Assembly: GCA_963815115.1 (NCBI GenBank)
Contig: CAWFFN010000009.1
Coordinates: forward strand, 320,001-384,000
DNA: 64,000 nt
Direction of reading: 5' to 3'
DNA from: an uncultured delta proteobacterium
GTDB taxonomy: Bacteria; Desulfobacterota; Binatia; DP-6
Shown here: positions 32,680-43,526 of the stretch, piece after piece
How positions within the stretch are numbered: the first letter of the stretch is position 1
How the letters are laid out: each line of letters begins with the position of its first letter
The notes under the pieces: generated by a model
Databases searched by the model: none
Told to the model about the DNA's origin: nothing
What the model saw: only the letters and a program-made list of their open reading frames with translations
Position numbers and translations under genes: made by a program

Positions 32680-34250
32680 CTGATAGGCACGACGAAGGGC
32701 CTTTTGCCGCGGAGGCTTACAGAACGCCCCATCCCGGACCTTCGCCGCATTTTCGCCCGCTCCGTAACAAGTTCCCACCGACCCCGGGGGTCGACCCGCG
32801 ATGGAGGAAACTGGTACGGCGCCGCTGCCGGCACCGAGGTCGAGCAATGTCTGGTGCGCGAAGCCCGCTAACAAGTTGGACCCGACGTCCCGTGCGCACC
32901 CGTGATTGTCGCCACGGACCGCGCGGTCCGCGAGCACGCTTGGTAGACTGCTGCCCCCAGGGACGTCACGCCGGCAGAACGGGAGGACGTGACGATGGAG
33001 GTCATCCATGCCCAGTGCGCGGGGCTCGACGTACACAAGCAGACCGTGGTGGCCTGCGTGCGGATCACGGGCGCGGGGGGCGTGCGGCGCGAGGTGCGGA
33101 CGTTTGCGACGACCGCCGCCGAGCTGCTGGCCTTGCAGGAGTGGCTGGTGGCCGCCGGCTGCACCCATGCCGTGCTGGAGTCGACGGGCGTCTACTGGAA
33201 ACCCGTGTGGCACGTGCTCGAGGACCACCTGACCCTCGTGCTGGCCAACGCGACGGCGGTGCGCAATCTGCCCGGGCGCAAGAGCGACGTGAGCGACGCG
33301 CAGTGGCTCGCGGATCTGCTCGCCCATGGGCTGGTGCGCGGCAGCTTCGTGCCGCCCGCGCCGATTCAGGCGTTGCGCGAGCTGACGCGGACGCGCAAGC
33401 AGCTCGGGCGGGAGGTCACCGCCCACAGTCAGCGGATCGAGAAGGTGCTGGAGAGCGCGGACGTGAAGCTCGCCGCGGTGCTCCGCCCGCTGCTCGGCGT
33501 CAGCGGGCGGGCGATCATCGCGGCCCTGGCGGCGGGCGAAACCGATCCCGAGCGCCTCGTGGCGTTAGCCCACCCGCGGCTGCGGCCGAAGCGGGCCGCG
33601 CTGCGGGCCGCGCTGCCCGGGCACGTCCGGCCGCATCATCGCGTCTTGCTGGGTCAGCACCTGCGGGTGGTCGAGACGCTGCGGGCGACGATCGCGGAGC
33701 TGGATGCCGCGATCGGGGCCGCCGTCGCCCCGTATCGCGCCGCCGTCGACCACCTCGTGACGATGCCCGGCGTGAGCACGACGGCGGCGCAGATCCTGGT
33801 CGCGGAGATCGGCACGGACATGAGCCGCTTCCCCAGCGCGGGGCATCTCGTCTCCTGGGCGGGGCTGTGTCCGCGCCAGGACGCGAGTGCGGGCAAGCAC
33901 CGCTCCACGCGCCTCCGCAAGGGGGCGCCGTGGCTCAAGCCCGTGCTCATTCAGGGCGCGTGGGCAGCGGTGCGAGGCCGCGAGGGCTACCTCCGCACCC
34001 AGTTCCTGCGCCTCAAGCATCGCCGCGGTCCGATGAAGGCCATCGTCGCGGTGGCCGCCTCCATGCTCACCGCCGCCTATTACATGCTGCGCGACGACCA
34101 AGACTATCACGACCTCGGGGCCGCCCACTTCCAGCGCGGCGACCACAACCACCTCGTCGCCGGACTCACCCGCCGCCTCCACCACCTCGGTTACGAGGTC
34201 ACGCTCCGCCCCGCCGCCTGACGCCGCGTACCGAGCGAGTTACTTGGTAG
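32680..34250 (+). mobile_element. 90-bp module (32680-32769) plus IS110 element, copy 2
   Basis: Matches copy 1. Confidence 0.95.
32989..34221 (+). CDS. IS110-family recombinase/transposase
   Basis: Same 410-aa protein as 22273-23505. Confidence 0.97.
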   Translation: MTMEVIHAQCAGLDVHKQTVVACVRITGAGGVRREVRTFATTAAELLALQEWLVAAGCTHAVLESTGVYWKPVWHVLEDHLTLVLANATAVRNLPGRKSDVSDAQWLADLLAHGLVRGSFVPPAPIQALRELTRTRKQLGREVTAHSQRIEKVLESADVKLAAVLRPLLGVSGRAIIAALAAGETDPERLVALAHPRLRPKRAALRAALPGHVRPHHRVLLGQHLRVVETLRATIAELDAAIGAAVAPYRAAVDHLVTMPGVSTTAAQILVAEIGTDMSRFPSAGHLVSWAGLCPRQDASAGKHRSTRLRKGAPWLKPVLIQGAWAAVRGREGYLRTQFLRLKHRRGPMKAIVAVAASMLTAAYYMLRDDQDYHDLGAAHFQRGDHNHLVAGLTRRLHHLGYEVTLRPAA

Positions 34251-35226
34251 AAGCGCGGGTCGCGCATCCCGTCCTTGCCGCCCATCGCTTCGAGGTCCTT
34301 CCTCCAGCTCTTCCCGTAGGGCGGGTTGGCGAGCATGAAGTCGAACTCTTGGGCGGGGAAGGCGTCATGCGACAGCGTGGACCACTCCGCGCCGCCGACG
34401 ATGTGATCGGCGCTCTCGCCTTCGCCTTTGAGCAGCATGTCCGCCTTGCAGACGGCGTACGTCTCGGGGTTGATCTCCTGACCGTAGAGCAGGCACTTGA
34501 CCACTTGGTCGTGCTTCGCGGCGATTGCCGTGAGCGTCTCCTCGCCCACGGTGAGCATGCCGCCGGTGCCGCAGGCACAGTCGTAGAGCAAGTATGTGCC
34601 GGACTTGATCTCCGCCTCGATGGGCAGGAACACGAGGTTCGCCATGAGGCGCACAGCGTCGCGCGGCGTCCAGTGCTCGCCCGCCTCCTCGTTGTTCTCC
34701 TCGTTGAACCGGCGGACCAGCTCCTCGAAGACCGTGCCCATCGCGTGGTTGTCGATGCCCGCCGGCGAGAGGTCGATCGTCGGGTCGAGGAACTTGTTGA
34801 TCAGCGTGCCGATGGCGTCGGCTTTGGAGAGCGTCTGGAGCTGATTGCGGAACTTGAAGTTGTCGAGGATGTCCTGAACGTTTGGCGAGAACCCGTTGAG
34901 GTAGTCCTCGAAGTCGGCGAGCAGCTGCTGCTGGCTGCCACGGGACTTGAGGTCACGCAGCGTGAACTTCGAGGTGTTGTAAAAGGCTTGGCCGGCAGCG
35001 TCGCAGAGCGCGGCGCGCTGCTCGGTGATGCGCGCCTCGTCGAGCATCTTCTTGGTGGCGAGCACCTGTGGCTTGGGGTCGGTTCGAGGACCGCGTCCAT
35101 ACGCCGGATGACGCACATCGGCAGGATCACATCGGGGTACTTGCCGCGTCTGAAAAGGTCGCGCAGGACGTCGTCGGCGATGCCCCAGATGAACGAGACG
35201 ATTTTGTTGTGGGTCGCTTGGTCCAT
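34251..35226 (-). pseudogene. hsdM: type I restriction-modification methyltransferase, 3'-truncated by IS110
   Basis: FIWGIADDVLR, GEHWTPRD, DCACGTGG, ANPPYG; frameshift near 35070. Confidence 0.9.
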
Positions 35227-35739
35227 TCTGGCGTTCGCCCTCCCTCAGTACCCGCGGCGCGGCGCACTCATCTCGCGGGACTGCGCGACGCTCAAGACCT
35301 TCACGTTCGCGTGCACATTCGCCAGCAGTCGCTTCAACCTATCGGTGAGGTGCGTGTTGGCGAAGAGGACGGCTGGCTTGCTGTAGTCGTCGGGGCGGTG
35401 CCGCGGAGCACGCTTGCCAAGGCGGCCGCGAGGTCTTGGTCGCGCGTGCTGCCGCGCAGCACGTCGTTGCGAGGGGTGCAGAGGTCGAAGAGGGATTTCA
35501 CGCGTCCGCGCCTCCGTGGCGACCGACGCGGTTGGGGTGCGTAACAAGTCGCCGCAGCGCTGCTCGCGAACCTCTGCGGCCCATCGCCGCGGGTAGTACT
35601 GTCCGTGCCGGTACGCAGTCAACAAGGGCCGCCGACAGGCACCGATAGGCAGCGTGGTCCACGCCAAGACCGGCTCAGGCGATCCCGAGATCGGTTCGTC
35701 CACCACGGAGCGCACCGAAGCCGTGCGGCTGCTCAAGAC

Positions 35740-36094
35740 GTTGCGCCGCCGGGGCTTCCGCCCCACCACGGTCGGCGGGGACAAGGCCTACGACACGGAG
35801 CACTTCGTCGAGGACGTGCGCGCGCTCGGCATCGCGCCGCACGTGGCGCAGAACATCACCAAGTATCGCGGCTCGCGGATCGATGCGCGCACGACCCGAC
35901 ATGCCGGTTACACGGTGAGTCAGTGGTGTCGGAAGCGGGTCGAGGAAATCTTCGGCTGGGGCAAGACCATCGGCGGCCTGCGGAAGACCCGCTACCGCGG
36001 CCGCGAGCGCACGGGGCTGTGGGCGTACCTCGTAGGGAGCGCGTACAACCTGCTCCGCATGGCGAAGCTGCTCCCGGAGACCGCGGTCACATGA
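35740..36094 (+). mobile_element. IS5-family transposase C-terminal remnant
   Basis: GGDKAYD, RKRVEEIFGWGK, RKTRYRG, AYNLLRM. Confidence 0.8.
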
Positions 36095-36250
36095 CGATGC
36101 GGCGTCGACAACGCGTCCCTCACCGCGCCCGCCGCCGCCCAACAGGACGGCGAGGGAACCCGTCTCCCGATCTCGGCCGCCGCTGACCGATCCGAGAAGG
36201 AGAGCCAGCCACATGGAACGAGTCGCCATCACCGATTCTTCAGCATCCTG

Positions 36251-36460
36251 CTAGATGAGTTCGTGCTTGTGCTTGGTGACCTCACGTCCGAGGATGTGGT
36301 CGGCCGCCTTCTGGGCACGACTTCCTGCAAAGATCACCGCCTGCGGAGTGCTTCTCAAGACCCGAAGCCAGCTCTCGATATACGAGGCCGCCAGCTCCGC
36401 GGTCGCCGCAGAGATTCCTGCCTCGGCGCAGAGGAAGGCAGCGGTCATCTCGGCGGTTCA
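36251..36460 (-). pseudogene. ArdC-like antirestriction protein, C-terminal fragment
   Basis: AEMTAAFLCAEAGI...AASYIESWL...AQKAADHIL. Confidence 0.7.
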
Positions 36461-36602
36461 GAGGCTCAGAGGCTCAGCCCGGGCGATATCCCAGTCGCTG
36501 TTGAACGCCGGTGAGCGGAGGCTCCGATGGTGGCCGTTTGCGCGACCTCCTTACCACGACCGCAGATCGAGATTCCCGCACTTCTCGCTGATCGCCAACA
36601 GC

Positions 36603-36949
36603 TTAGAGGCCGAGGTGATCCTTGTGCTGGCCGCGCCTGCGCTGCGGCCGCATCGTCGCGCCGTTGCCGTTGCCCTCGCCGCCCCCGCCACTCCGCCGCC
36701 GTACCCCCGGGCGTGCCTTGGCCTGGAGATGAATCGTGAAGCCATTCATGAAGAGGTTGAACACCTCGCGGTCGCCGAGCCGGTGGACCGCGCTGGCCAA
36801 GCTCTGCGGCATGTCCATCGGGACGTGCTCGCAATACTCGTCCGCCGTCCCGTGAATGGGGCATGTTGCGCCGGGCTTCCTCACCCCGACGTGGACGGGG
36901 ACCTCTTTCCAGTCCAACTCTCCCGTGATCGTGATCGTTCCGACTGCCA
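36603..36949 (-). CDS. hypothetical protein
   Basis: AGGAG upstream of MAVGTITITGELDW; no recognisable family. Confidence 0.45.
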
Positions 36950-37053
36950 TCTCTCTCGTCTCCTTCTGCGTGCCGCGTTGGTTGATGGCTGAGCCAGACC
37001 ATATGAGAGGGGGCTCGCGCAAGAGCGCATGTGCCTAGTTTAGTACTAATAGT

Positions 37054-37256
37054 TTCACGCGGGTTTCTTGCGCGACTTTCTCACGGATGATTTGCCCGCA
37101 TGATTCACGCGAGTTTCTCCCACGACGTTCTCACGGATGATTTGCCCGCATGATTCACGCGAGTCTCTGCCGCGACGTTCTCACGGATGATTTGCCCGCA
37201 TGATTCACGCGAGTCTCTGCCGCGACGTTCTCACGCATGATTTGCCCGCATGATTC
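37054..37256. repeat. four tandem 50-bp repeats
   Basis: TTCACGCGAGTCTCTGCCGCGACGTTCTCACGGATGATTTGCCCGCATGA-like units start at 37054, 37104, 37154 and 37204. Confidence 0.95.
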
Positions 37257-37257
37257 T

Positions 37258-37344
37258 TGTTACGGAGCGGGCGACAATGCGGCGAAGGTCCGGGATGGGG
37301 CGTTCCGTAAACCTTCGCAAAACCCCGTTCATCGCTCCTATCGG
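37258..37344 (-). repeat. diverged solo copy of the 90-bp module
   Basis: CCGATAGG...GAACGCCCCATCCCGGACCTTCGCCGCATTGTCGCCCGCTCCGTAACA followed by AG. Confidence 0.9.
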
Positions 37345-37611
37345 CACGAGGTGGAGATCAACGCGCCGGTCTCCCGCGTCGCGGAGCACGAGGCGGGCGG
37401 GCAAGCCCGGAGCGTCGCTGAACCCTAGCGCCGCGAGCGCCGCAAGCGCGCGGGATTCGTCGGCCCGCCTGACGACCAGGTCGAGGTCGTCGTGTTGCCG
37501 TGTCTGCCTACGGAGAAGCGCGTCCACGCCCCAACCACCGTCGATGCACGTTTGGACCCCCACCGCCTCCAGTTGCTCCAGCACCGCGATGACGTCTCGC
37601 GCGCTCATCAT
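37345..37611 (-). pseudogene. aminoglycoside/lincosamide nucleotidyltransferase-family protein, truncated by the module
   Basis: DGGWGVDALL, HDDLDL, RVDLH. Confidence 0.8.
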
Positions 37612-38469
37612 GCAGGCCACTCAAGCGGAGCGGCCTGGGGCTATCAAGTTGGACACGCACTAGCTAGCACGGCCCGGCACCCGCGCTGGGGGCAACCGGC
37701 AACCCGACAACCTCTTTCGGCGCCCTGTCGCGAAGAAAACCGCGGGGGCGCCGCCTCGCGGGCCGGCCCACCGTGGGAAGGACCCGCGTCATCGCACGGT
37801 CGTCGACGGCGGCGGTCACTGTGGCGCTCGCAACGCACGCGGGTCGTCACCACCACAGCATCGCGATCGATCGCGGTACTCGAATGCAGCCCCGCCACTT
37901 ACCGTGCATATTTCAGTGGATGTCGGCCTGCCACCCTCGCTTGGAGCCCGACGACGCTCTCGTTCGACCACCACCCCGTCGAGAGCGTTGCCCATAGCAC
38001 GTTTCAAAGTCCCGAAGGTCGAGGCGGCAGTGGTGCGCCCGCACTCAGCCGTACTTCGTCTCGCGCGCCCGCTGGCGCGTTGACGCCGCGCAGAGGATGG
38101 CAGTAGGCTGTGATTTCTGTCTCATCGTCTAGCACTGTTCATCGTTGGGATCGTCGGCCTGTCGCTCGCCGCCACGCGAGGACGTGCCGCGGCGGCGTGC
38201 CCGAACACCTCCACGCAGCAGACTGGCCGAGTGCAAGCGGATGTGCCCCGCGGGTGGACACGGGCGCCGCGACTGCCGGGCGGCCTGCAGCGAGCGGAGC
38301 ACGTGCACCGCCCCGGGCGCGCGCATCCGGACGCTCGCCTAAGTGGTGAGCGAGTGCACCACCGACCCGCAGGGGCGGAGCTCGCTGAAGCAGAAGCTCC
38401 TCATCCGCCGCGGGAACTGAGGCAAGCTTGCTCGAGCGAGAGGACGAGTCGACCGCGGAGGGGGGCTCG

Positions 38470-38742
38470 CGTGATCGCTTGCGAGACGTTCACCGGCGTG
38501 AGGCATCCGTTGGGGGTGCAGGGCTGCTGCGCACGGCCTTCGCCGACGCGATGGCCGGCCGCGGGGCGTGTCGTGTTCCTCACCGCTGAACCGACGATCG
38601 GCAAGACTCGCGCGGCCGCGGAGTTCGCTAAAATAGCGCCCCGAGCCGCCGGGGTTGTGCTGTGGGGCCCCTGCTACGACGCCGAGTGGGCGCCACCGTT
38701 CGGGCCCTTCGCCGAAGCGATCGCCGTCCCGACCCAGCTCCG
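38470..38742 (+). pseudogene. AAA ATPase fragment
   Basis: Degenerate Walker A (AEPTIGKTR), VLWGPCY...PPFGPF. Confidence 0.55.
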
Positions 38743-41130
38743 ATGAGACGACTCGCCGCCATTGATTGGCTCCTGCTTGGCATCTCGCTGCCAATCTTGC
38801 TGTTCAGTCTGGTGATGTCCGTGGTACACGGCGTCCGTGGCGACTTCGTGGTCCCGACGTTCTGGGCAACGTCGGCGGCGGACGAGCAGTCGTATCCGGT
38901 GGTGGGACGAATCTGGTCACGCCCGAGCGGGGAGGCGAGCCCGGTCGCGGTGGGAGACCGCCTAGTGCGGCTGGAGGAAAGCGACCTTCGTGGTGTGTCC
39001 AACGCGGGATTCATGCTGCGCTGGTCGCAAGCGGCGCAGGCCGGTGCCCGCTCACTGCTCTTGACGATCGACCGCGGCAGCGTGCGCTCCGACGTCCGCG
39101 TGCTCCTCGTTCCCGGGTATGGCCCGGTTGGGATTACTTGGTGGGCGCCGCTTCCGTTTATCGCCGGCAGCGTTGTCACTGCGCTGCTCCTGCTCGTGCG
39201 TGGCGCCCACTGGCACCTCGCGCGGCGCTACTACGTGGCGAGCGTGCTCTTGGTGTTATCGATCGGGCCTTACTTTGCGGTCCCGACCGCGCCCCGGGCC
39301 GAACTCATCACCGATGTGCTGGTTCTCCCGCTGGCCTGCGGGCTTTTCCTCTGGAACCTCAACGAGTTCCTCCCACGCCTGCGGCTGTGGGGTCCCGGAC
39401 AGCGAGCGCTGACCTCGGCACTGGCGCTCCTGCTGTCGGTATCGTTCGCGGCTGATTTCTGGTTGCCCGATGTGGGGTTGGCGGCGATTTTCTCGGGGGC
39501 GGCTCCGCTCGCACTGACTGGCTTCAGCATCGCATCACTCGTGGCGCTCACGCGCGTGTACCAGCGCGCGGACCCTCTCGGGCGCCGGCAGATCAAGTGG
39601 GTGGTCTACGGCTTCTACGTGGGTCTGTTGCCCCTCGGCCTCTTCTGCGGCGTCCTCTCGCTCGGCGTCGCCCCCGAGTGGATCAGCGCGCTCTTCGCTG
39701 TTGCGACGATTGCAGCGGTGGCGGTACCGCTCGGTCTCCTGGTGGCCATCGCCTTCTATCAATTCTTAGATATCGACCGCCTATTCAGCGCCACCCTTTC
39801 CTACAGCATACTGACAGTCCTCGCCCTCGCCGTGGTGCTCGGTGTGATGCCGGCGGCTTCGCGCACGGCGAGCGACGTCCTCGGACTCGACCCGGTAGCC
39901 GGCCAGCTCCTCGTCTCCCTTGGCCTTGCGGCTGTCCTCGTCCCCGCGCACCGGATCGTGCGGCCGTGGATCGACCGACGGCTATTCCCGCAGCGTGCCA
40001 CGCTTGAGCAGGGGTTCGAGCAGTTGCTCGGGGAGATCTCGACTGCGGCGGACATGCAGCAGCTGACCCAGCTGACGAGCGAGCGACTCGACACGTTGCT
40101 GCGTCCGGCCGTCGTCGTCCTCTATGCCCGTGCCGGCGATGGCTTCACGCCACTGGCAGCGCGCGGTCGCAGCGCGCCGCCCGCCTTCGCTGCGGGGAGC
40201 CCCCTTATCGCGGCGCTCCAAGAGCGCACCACGCCACTCGCCGCAAGGCGCTGGACGGTGCGCCGGACGGCATCCCTGACGCCCTTTGAACGAGCGGCGA
40301 TCGAGACCCTCGACGTCGCGGTGCTCGTACCGATTCGACGCGGGGCCGACCTCGCGGCGTTCTGGTGCCTCGGAGCGAAGCGCTCCGGCGACATCTACAC
40401 GCCGACCGATCTTGCCGTGCTCGGCGCCGTTGCCGGGGCGATCTCGGATCGCTTGCTCGCGCTTGGCGAGACGCGATCAGAGGATCGACTCGAGGACAGC
40501 CCCCGGCACGCTCCGGCGTCGCCGGATGCTGCAGCGAGCCCACCGCTGACAGCTGCGGCGGCAGACGACGCGGGCGTCTTCCGGCGGGAGGGTGAATACT
40601 GGGCGGTGGCATACCGGGGCAAGACGGCCCGCCTGCGGGACACGAAAGGCTTGTACTACATCGCCCGGCTGCTCGCGCAGCCCGGCCGCGAATTGCACGT
40701 GCGCGACCTTGCCACGATGAACCAGCAGAGTGATACGGGCAACGGTTCCGAGCCCATGGGCGTGGAAGGCGACCTGGGAACGATTCTCGATGCGCGGGCC
40801 ACGGCGCAATACAAACAGCGGCTGGCTGAAGCGCGCCAGGAACTCGACGAGGCCACCGCGGCGGGCGATCTCGGGCAGGCGGCGCGCGCGCGGCATGAAA
40901 TAGAGACCATTACCGAGCAACTCGCCGCCGCCTACGGGCTCGGCGGCCGGCTGCGCACGGCTGGCGATCCGGCCGAACGCATGCGCAAAGCGGTGACCAA
41001 TCGGATTCGCCACGCCCTCGACCGGATCTCCGCCGCGCACCCAGAGCTCGGCCGCCATCTCACCAACGCGCTCCGGACCGGCTTTGTGTGCGCCTACCGC
41101 CCCGAGCACCCGGTGGCGTGGCGCCTCTGA
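38743..41130 (+). CDS. membrane-anchored sensor-regulator (multi-TM, GAF-like, C-terminal FRREG...RKAVTNRIR domain)
   Basis: Many TM segments, GAF-like LGAKRSGDIY, C-terminal domain shared with the next gene. Confidence 0.75.
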   Translation: MRRLAAIDWLLLGISLPILLFSLVMSVVHGVRGDFVVPTFWATSAADEQSYPVVGRIWSRPSGEASPVAVGDRLVRLEESDLRGVSNAGFMLRWSQAAQAGARSLLLTIDRGSVRSDVRVLLVPGYGPVGITWWAPLPFIAGSVVTALLLLVRGAHWHLARRYYVASVLLVLSIGPYFAVPTAPRAELITDVLVLPLACGLFLWNLNEFLPRLRLWGPGQRALTSALALLLSVSFAADFWLPDVGLAAIFSGAAPLALTGFSIASLVALTRVYQRADPLGRRQIKWVVYGFYVGLLPLGLFCGVLSLGVAPEWISALFAVATIAAVAVPLGLLVAIAFYQFLDIDRLFSATLSYSILTVLALAVVLGVMPAASRTASDVLGLDPVAGQLLVSLGLAAVLVPAHRIVRPWIDRRLFPQRATLEQGFEQLLGEISTAADMQQLTQLTSERLDTLLRPAVVVLYARAGDGFTPLAARGRSAPPAFAAGSPLIAALQERTTPLAARRWTVRRTASLTPFERAAIETLDVAVLVPIRRGADLAAFWCLGAKRSGDIYTPTDLAVLGAVAGAISDRLLALGETRSEDRLEDSPRHAPASPDAAASPPLTAAAADDAGVFRREGEYWAVAYRGKTARLRDTKGLYYIARLLAQPGRELHVRDLATMNQQSDTGNGSEPMGVEGDLGTILDARATAQYKQRLAEARQELDEATAAGDLGQAARARHEIETITEQLAAAYGLGGRLRTAGDPAERMRKAVTNRIRHALDRISAAHPELGRHLTNALRTGFVCAYRPEHPVAWRL

Positions 41131-41152
41131 AACGATGCGACGCCCATCTGGA

Positions 41153-41181
41153 TGTAGCGTCGCTACACGGCCTGTAGCGCC
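41153..41181. promoter_or_regulatory. operator-like motif, copy 1
   Basis: TGTAGCG-T-CGCTACA-N5-TGTAGCGCC. Confidence 0.65.
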
Positions 41182-41196
41182 TGGATTCATGGCGCC

Positions 41197-41598
41197 ATGC
41201 CGTCACGGGACTCAATTCACGACCGGGTGCACCGCACACCGATCTTTCGCCGCGAAGGGGATTACTGGACGATCGAGTACGACGCAGCGGTGGTGCGGCT
41301 TCGGGACGCCAAGGGGCTGCGCTATATCGAGCCGCTGCTGCGGCATCCCGGCCGCTCCTTTCACGTCGCCGAGCTGATCCGCGTGGCGGACTGCCCGGAC
41401 GGGCGCCGGCCGGCGGCGGACGACGGAACCGCCGAGGCCGTCGAGCGTGCCCGCAAAGCCGTCACCAACCGCATCCGGGGGACGCTGGCGCGGATCGCCA
41501 ACGTCCACCACGCCCTGGGGCTCCACCTGCGCAACGCGGTCCACACCGGGACGCGCTGCGTCTACACGCCGGAGCGGCCGACCGGATGGGCGGAATGA
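41197..41598 (+). CDS. stand-alone paralog of the upstream C-terminal regulator domain
   Basis: FRREGDYW...DAKGLRYI...RARKAVTNRIR...HLRNAVHTG. Confidence 0.75.
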   Translation: MPSRDSIHDRVHRTPIFRREGDYWTIEYDAAVVRLRDAKGLRYIEPLLRHPGRSFHVAELIRVADCPDGRRPAADDGTAEAVERARKAVTNRIRGTLARIANVHHALGLHLRNAVHTGTRCVYTPERPTGWAE

Positions 41599-41606
41599 AC
41601 CTGTCG

Positions 41607-41635
41607 TGTAGCGTCGCTACGCCAGTTGTAGCGCC
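41607..41635. promoter_or_regulatory. operator-like motif, copy 2
   Basis: TGTAGCG-T-CGCTACG-N5-TGTAGCGCC, same spacing as copy 1. Confidence 0.65.
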
Positions 41636-41801
41636 ACATAAGGCGTTCGGATGAACGAGCTGAAGCTTCGGCGCAGCTCAAACGTACGAAGGAGGCAGGA
41701 ATGAGCGAGAGGGATTCGAAAATGCCTGTCCGTTCCCTCGGGGGCATTCGTATCTTCTCGATGGCGCAGAATCGTTACAGACGAGCGAAAGGAGACCAAC
41801 T

Positions 41802-42311
41802 ATGAAACGAATTTCAAGCCTTATGCTCATGGCGGCTGCCATGATGTTCCTCGGCCTGCGGCCAACCGGCGCCGCAGCGGATGAACCAATCGTTGGCCTT
41901 TGGCAGGTAACCTGGAAGGACGCCGTCACCCAAGCGGTGGTTCTCAATGTCTGGGACGTCTGGCATGCGGACCGGACAGAGACCCAGAACGACACCACTC
42001 CGATACTGATCGGAAACGTCTGCCAGGGTGCGTGGATTCCGCTTGGGAAGCGAACCTACGGCCTGACTCACCCGGCTTTCAACTTTCTGAGCGCGCCTGA
42101 GGATCAAGAGGGTCAACCCGATTCCAGCAACAGCGCCCTGGTACTGGAACGAGTGACGGTTTCGAAGGATGGGAACACCCTTCAGGGCCTGGGGATCTAT
42201 AAGACGATCGCGGGCATGGATCCCCTGGACCCTCACGCGGCCGTGCTGAGTTCTGAGAATATCACCATCACCGGGAAGCGGGTCCAGGTCGACCAGACTC
42301 AACTTCCCTAG
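41802..42311 (+). CDS. secreted hypothetical protein
   Basis: AAGGAG RBS, signal peptide, IVGLWQV. Confidence 0.75.
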   Translation: MKRISSLMLMAAAMMFLGLRPTGAAADEPIVGLWQVTWKDAVTQAVVLNVWDVWHADRTETQNDTTPILIGNVCQGAWIPLGKRTYGLTHPAFNFLSAPEDQEGQPDSSNSALVLERVTVSKDGNTLQGLGIYKTIAGMDPLDPHAAVLSSENITITGKRVQVDQTQLP

Positions 42312-42426
42312 TCTGTGAGGGGGGAACATCAGATGCATGTTCCCTGTCAGTGTCAATCTCGGGGGCTCGGCGGCCCACCCGGGCATCCGAACACCACCAA
42401 CGACGAACCGAAGGGAGAACCCGCGC

Positions 42427-43389
42427 ATGTTGTATAGTCTGATGACCCGCGTCCCCTGCATCAGCCGCCTCGTTCTCGCTGTCGTCGCGCTTGTTGCCGT
42501 AGGAGCGGCACCAGCCGGGGCCGACTGCACCCGCGCGAAACTGAAGGCCATCGGCAAGAAGGAATCGGGTCTCCTCGCCTGCCAGGCGAAGGTCGCAGCG
42601 AGCGGCGACTCCTCCGGCCTCTCGGCTTGCGAATCGAAGGTGATGGCCAAGTTTAGCCACGCGTTCGGGAATGCCGGCACCTGCATGGGCGACCAGACGG
42701 CGTGTGAGAGCATCGCAGACGGCTGCGAGTCGTCGGTTGCCGGGGCTTTCATCGACACCTTCCCGAGCGACTGCGAGGTCCGGAAGCGGAAGGCGGCGGG
42801 AAAGCTCGCGAAGGGCGAACTCGGGTGCTACGCGAAGGCCGCAACGAAGGGACTGCCGGTGGATAGCGTGGTCTGCATCCCGAAGTCCACGATGAAGTTC
42901 TCGGTGGCGCTAACCAAGGCGGGGACGTGCCCGGACGGCGGCTCGCCCCAGAGTTTCGTCGAGAGCCACTGCGTCACCCCAGCCGTCACAACCGACGGTG
43001 GCGGCGTCGTGACCGATGTATGTCCGACTACCACGACCACGACCACGCTGCCCCCGCAGCCGTGCACCTCCGTCGTGGGCGGCTTCTGCTGGTACCTGGG
43101 TGCGTTTGATGCGGACTGTGACGCTACCTGTGCGGCGGAGGGACGGGTGTACGACGCCGCGACAGCTACGTATGCGGGCAGTTCGGGAACCAACGCGAAC
43201 TGCGAGGCTGTTCTCACTGCTTTGGGTCACCCGGGATCGGTCGCTGACGGATCGCTGAGCGTTGGCGGCGGTTTCGGCTGTTCTTGGATCTGCCCTAGAG
43301 GCTGCGGGGTAGGATTCCGCGACATCGGTGAGACGACCACATCTGGAGCCTCCGCCGCGCTATTCCAGCGGGCTTGTGCGTGCATGTAG
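42427..43389 (+). CDS. secreted Cys-rich protein with Thr-rich linker
   Basis: Signal peptide, two C..K.KA.GK...L.C.AK units, TTTTTTTLPP. Confidence 0.75.
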   Translation: MLYSLMTRVPCISRLVLAVVALVAVGAAPAGADCTRAKLKAIGKKESGLLACQAKVAASGDSSGLSACESKVMAKFSHAFGNAGTCMGDQTACESIADGCESSVAGAFIDTFPSDCEVRKRKAAGKLAKGELGCYAKAATKGLPVDSVVCIPKSTMKFSVALTKAGTCPDGGSPQSFVESHCVTPAVTTDGGGVVTDVCPTTTTTTTLPPQPCTSVVGGFCWYLGAFDADCDATCAAEGRVYDAATATYAGSSGTNANCEAVLTALGHPGSVADGSLSVGGGFGCSWICPRGCGVGFRDIGETTTSGASAALFQRACACM

Positions 43390-43526
43390 CCAAGGAAGAA
43401 CCCACAGCCCCAGGCGCTCCGAGTCTGCCCCTTCTCATTACAAGCTAACACAGTGAACCCCACCACAAGTGTTGCGACGTACCGCACCGCACCAAGGCCG
43501 CTCGAGACCGAAGGGAGGACCCGTTC

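Noticed and set aside
32847-34250. 467-aa overlapping ORF ending at the IS terminal TAG
   Set aside because: Low-complexity off-frame ORF expected at this GC content; it recurs only because the IS copies match
37054-37256. possible CRISPR array
   Set aside because: Units are contiguous with no unique spacers, and there are no cas genes in the window
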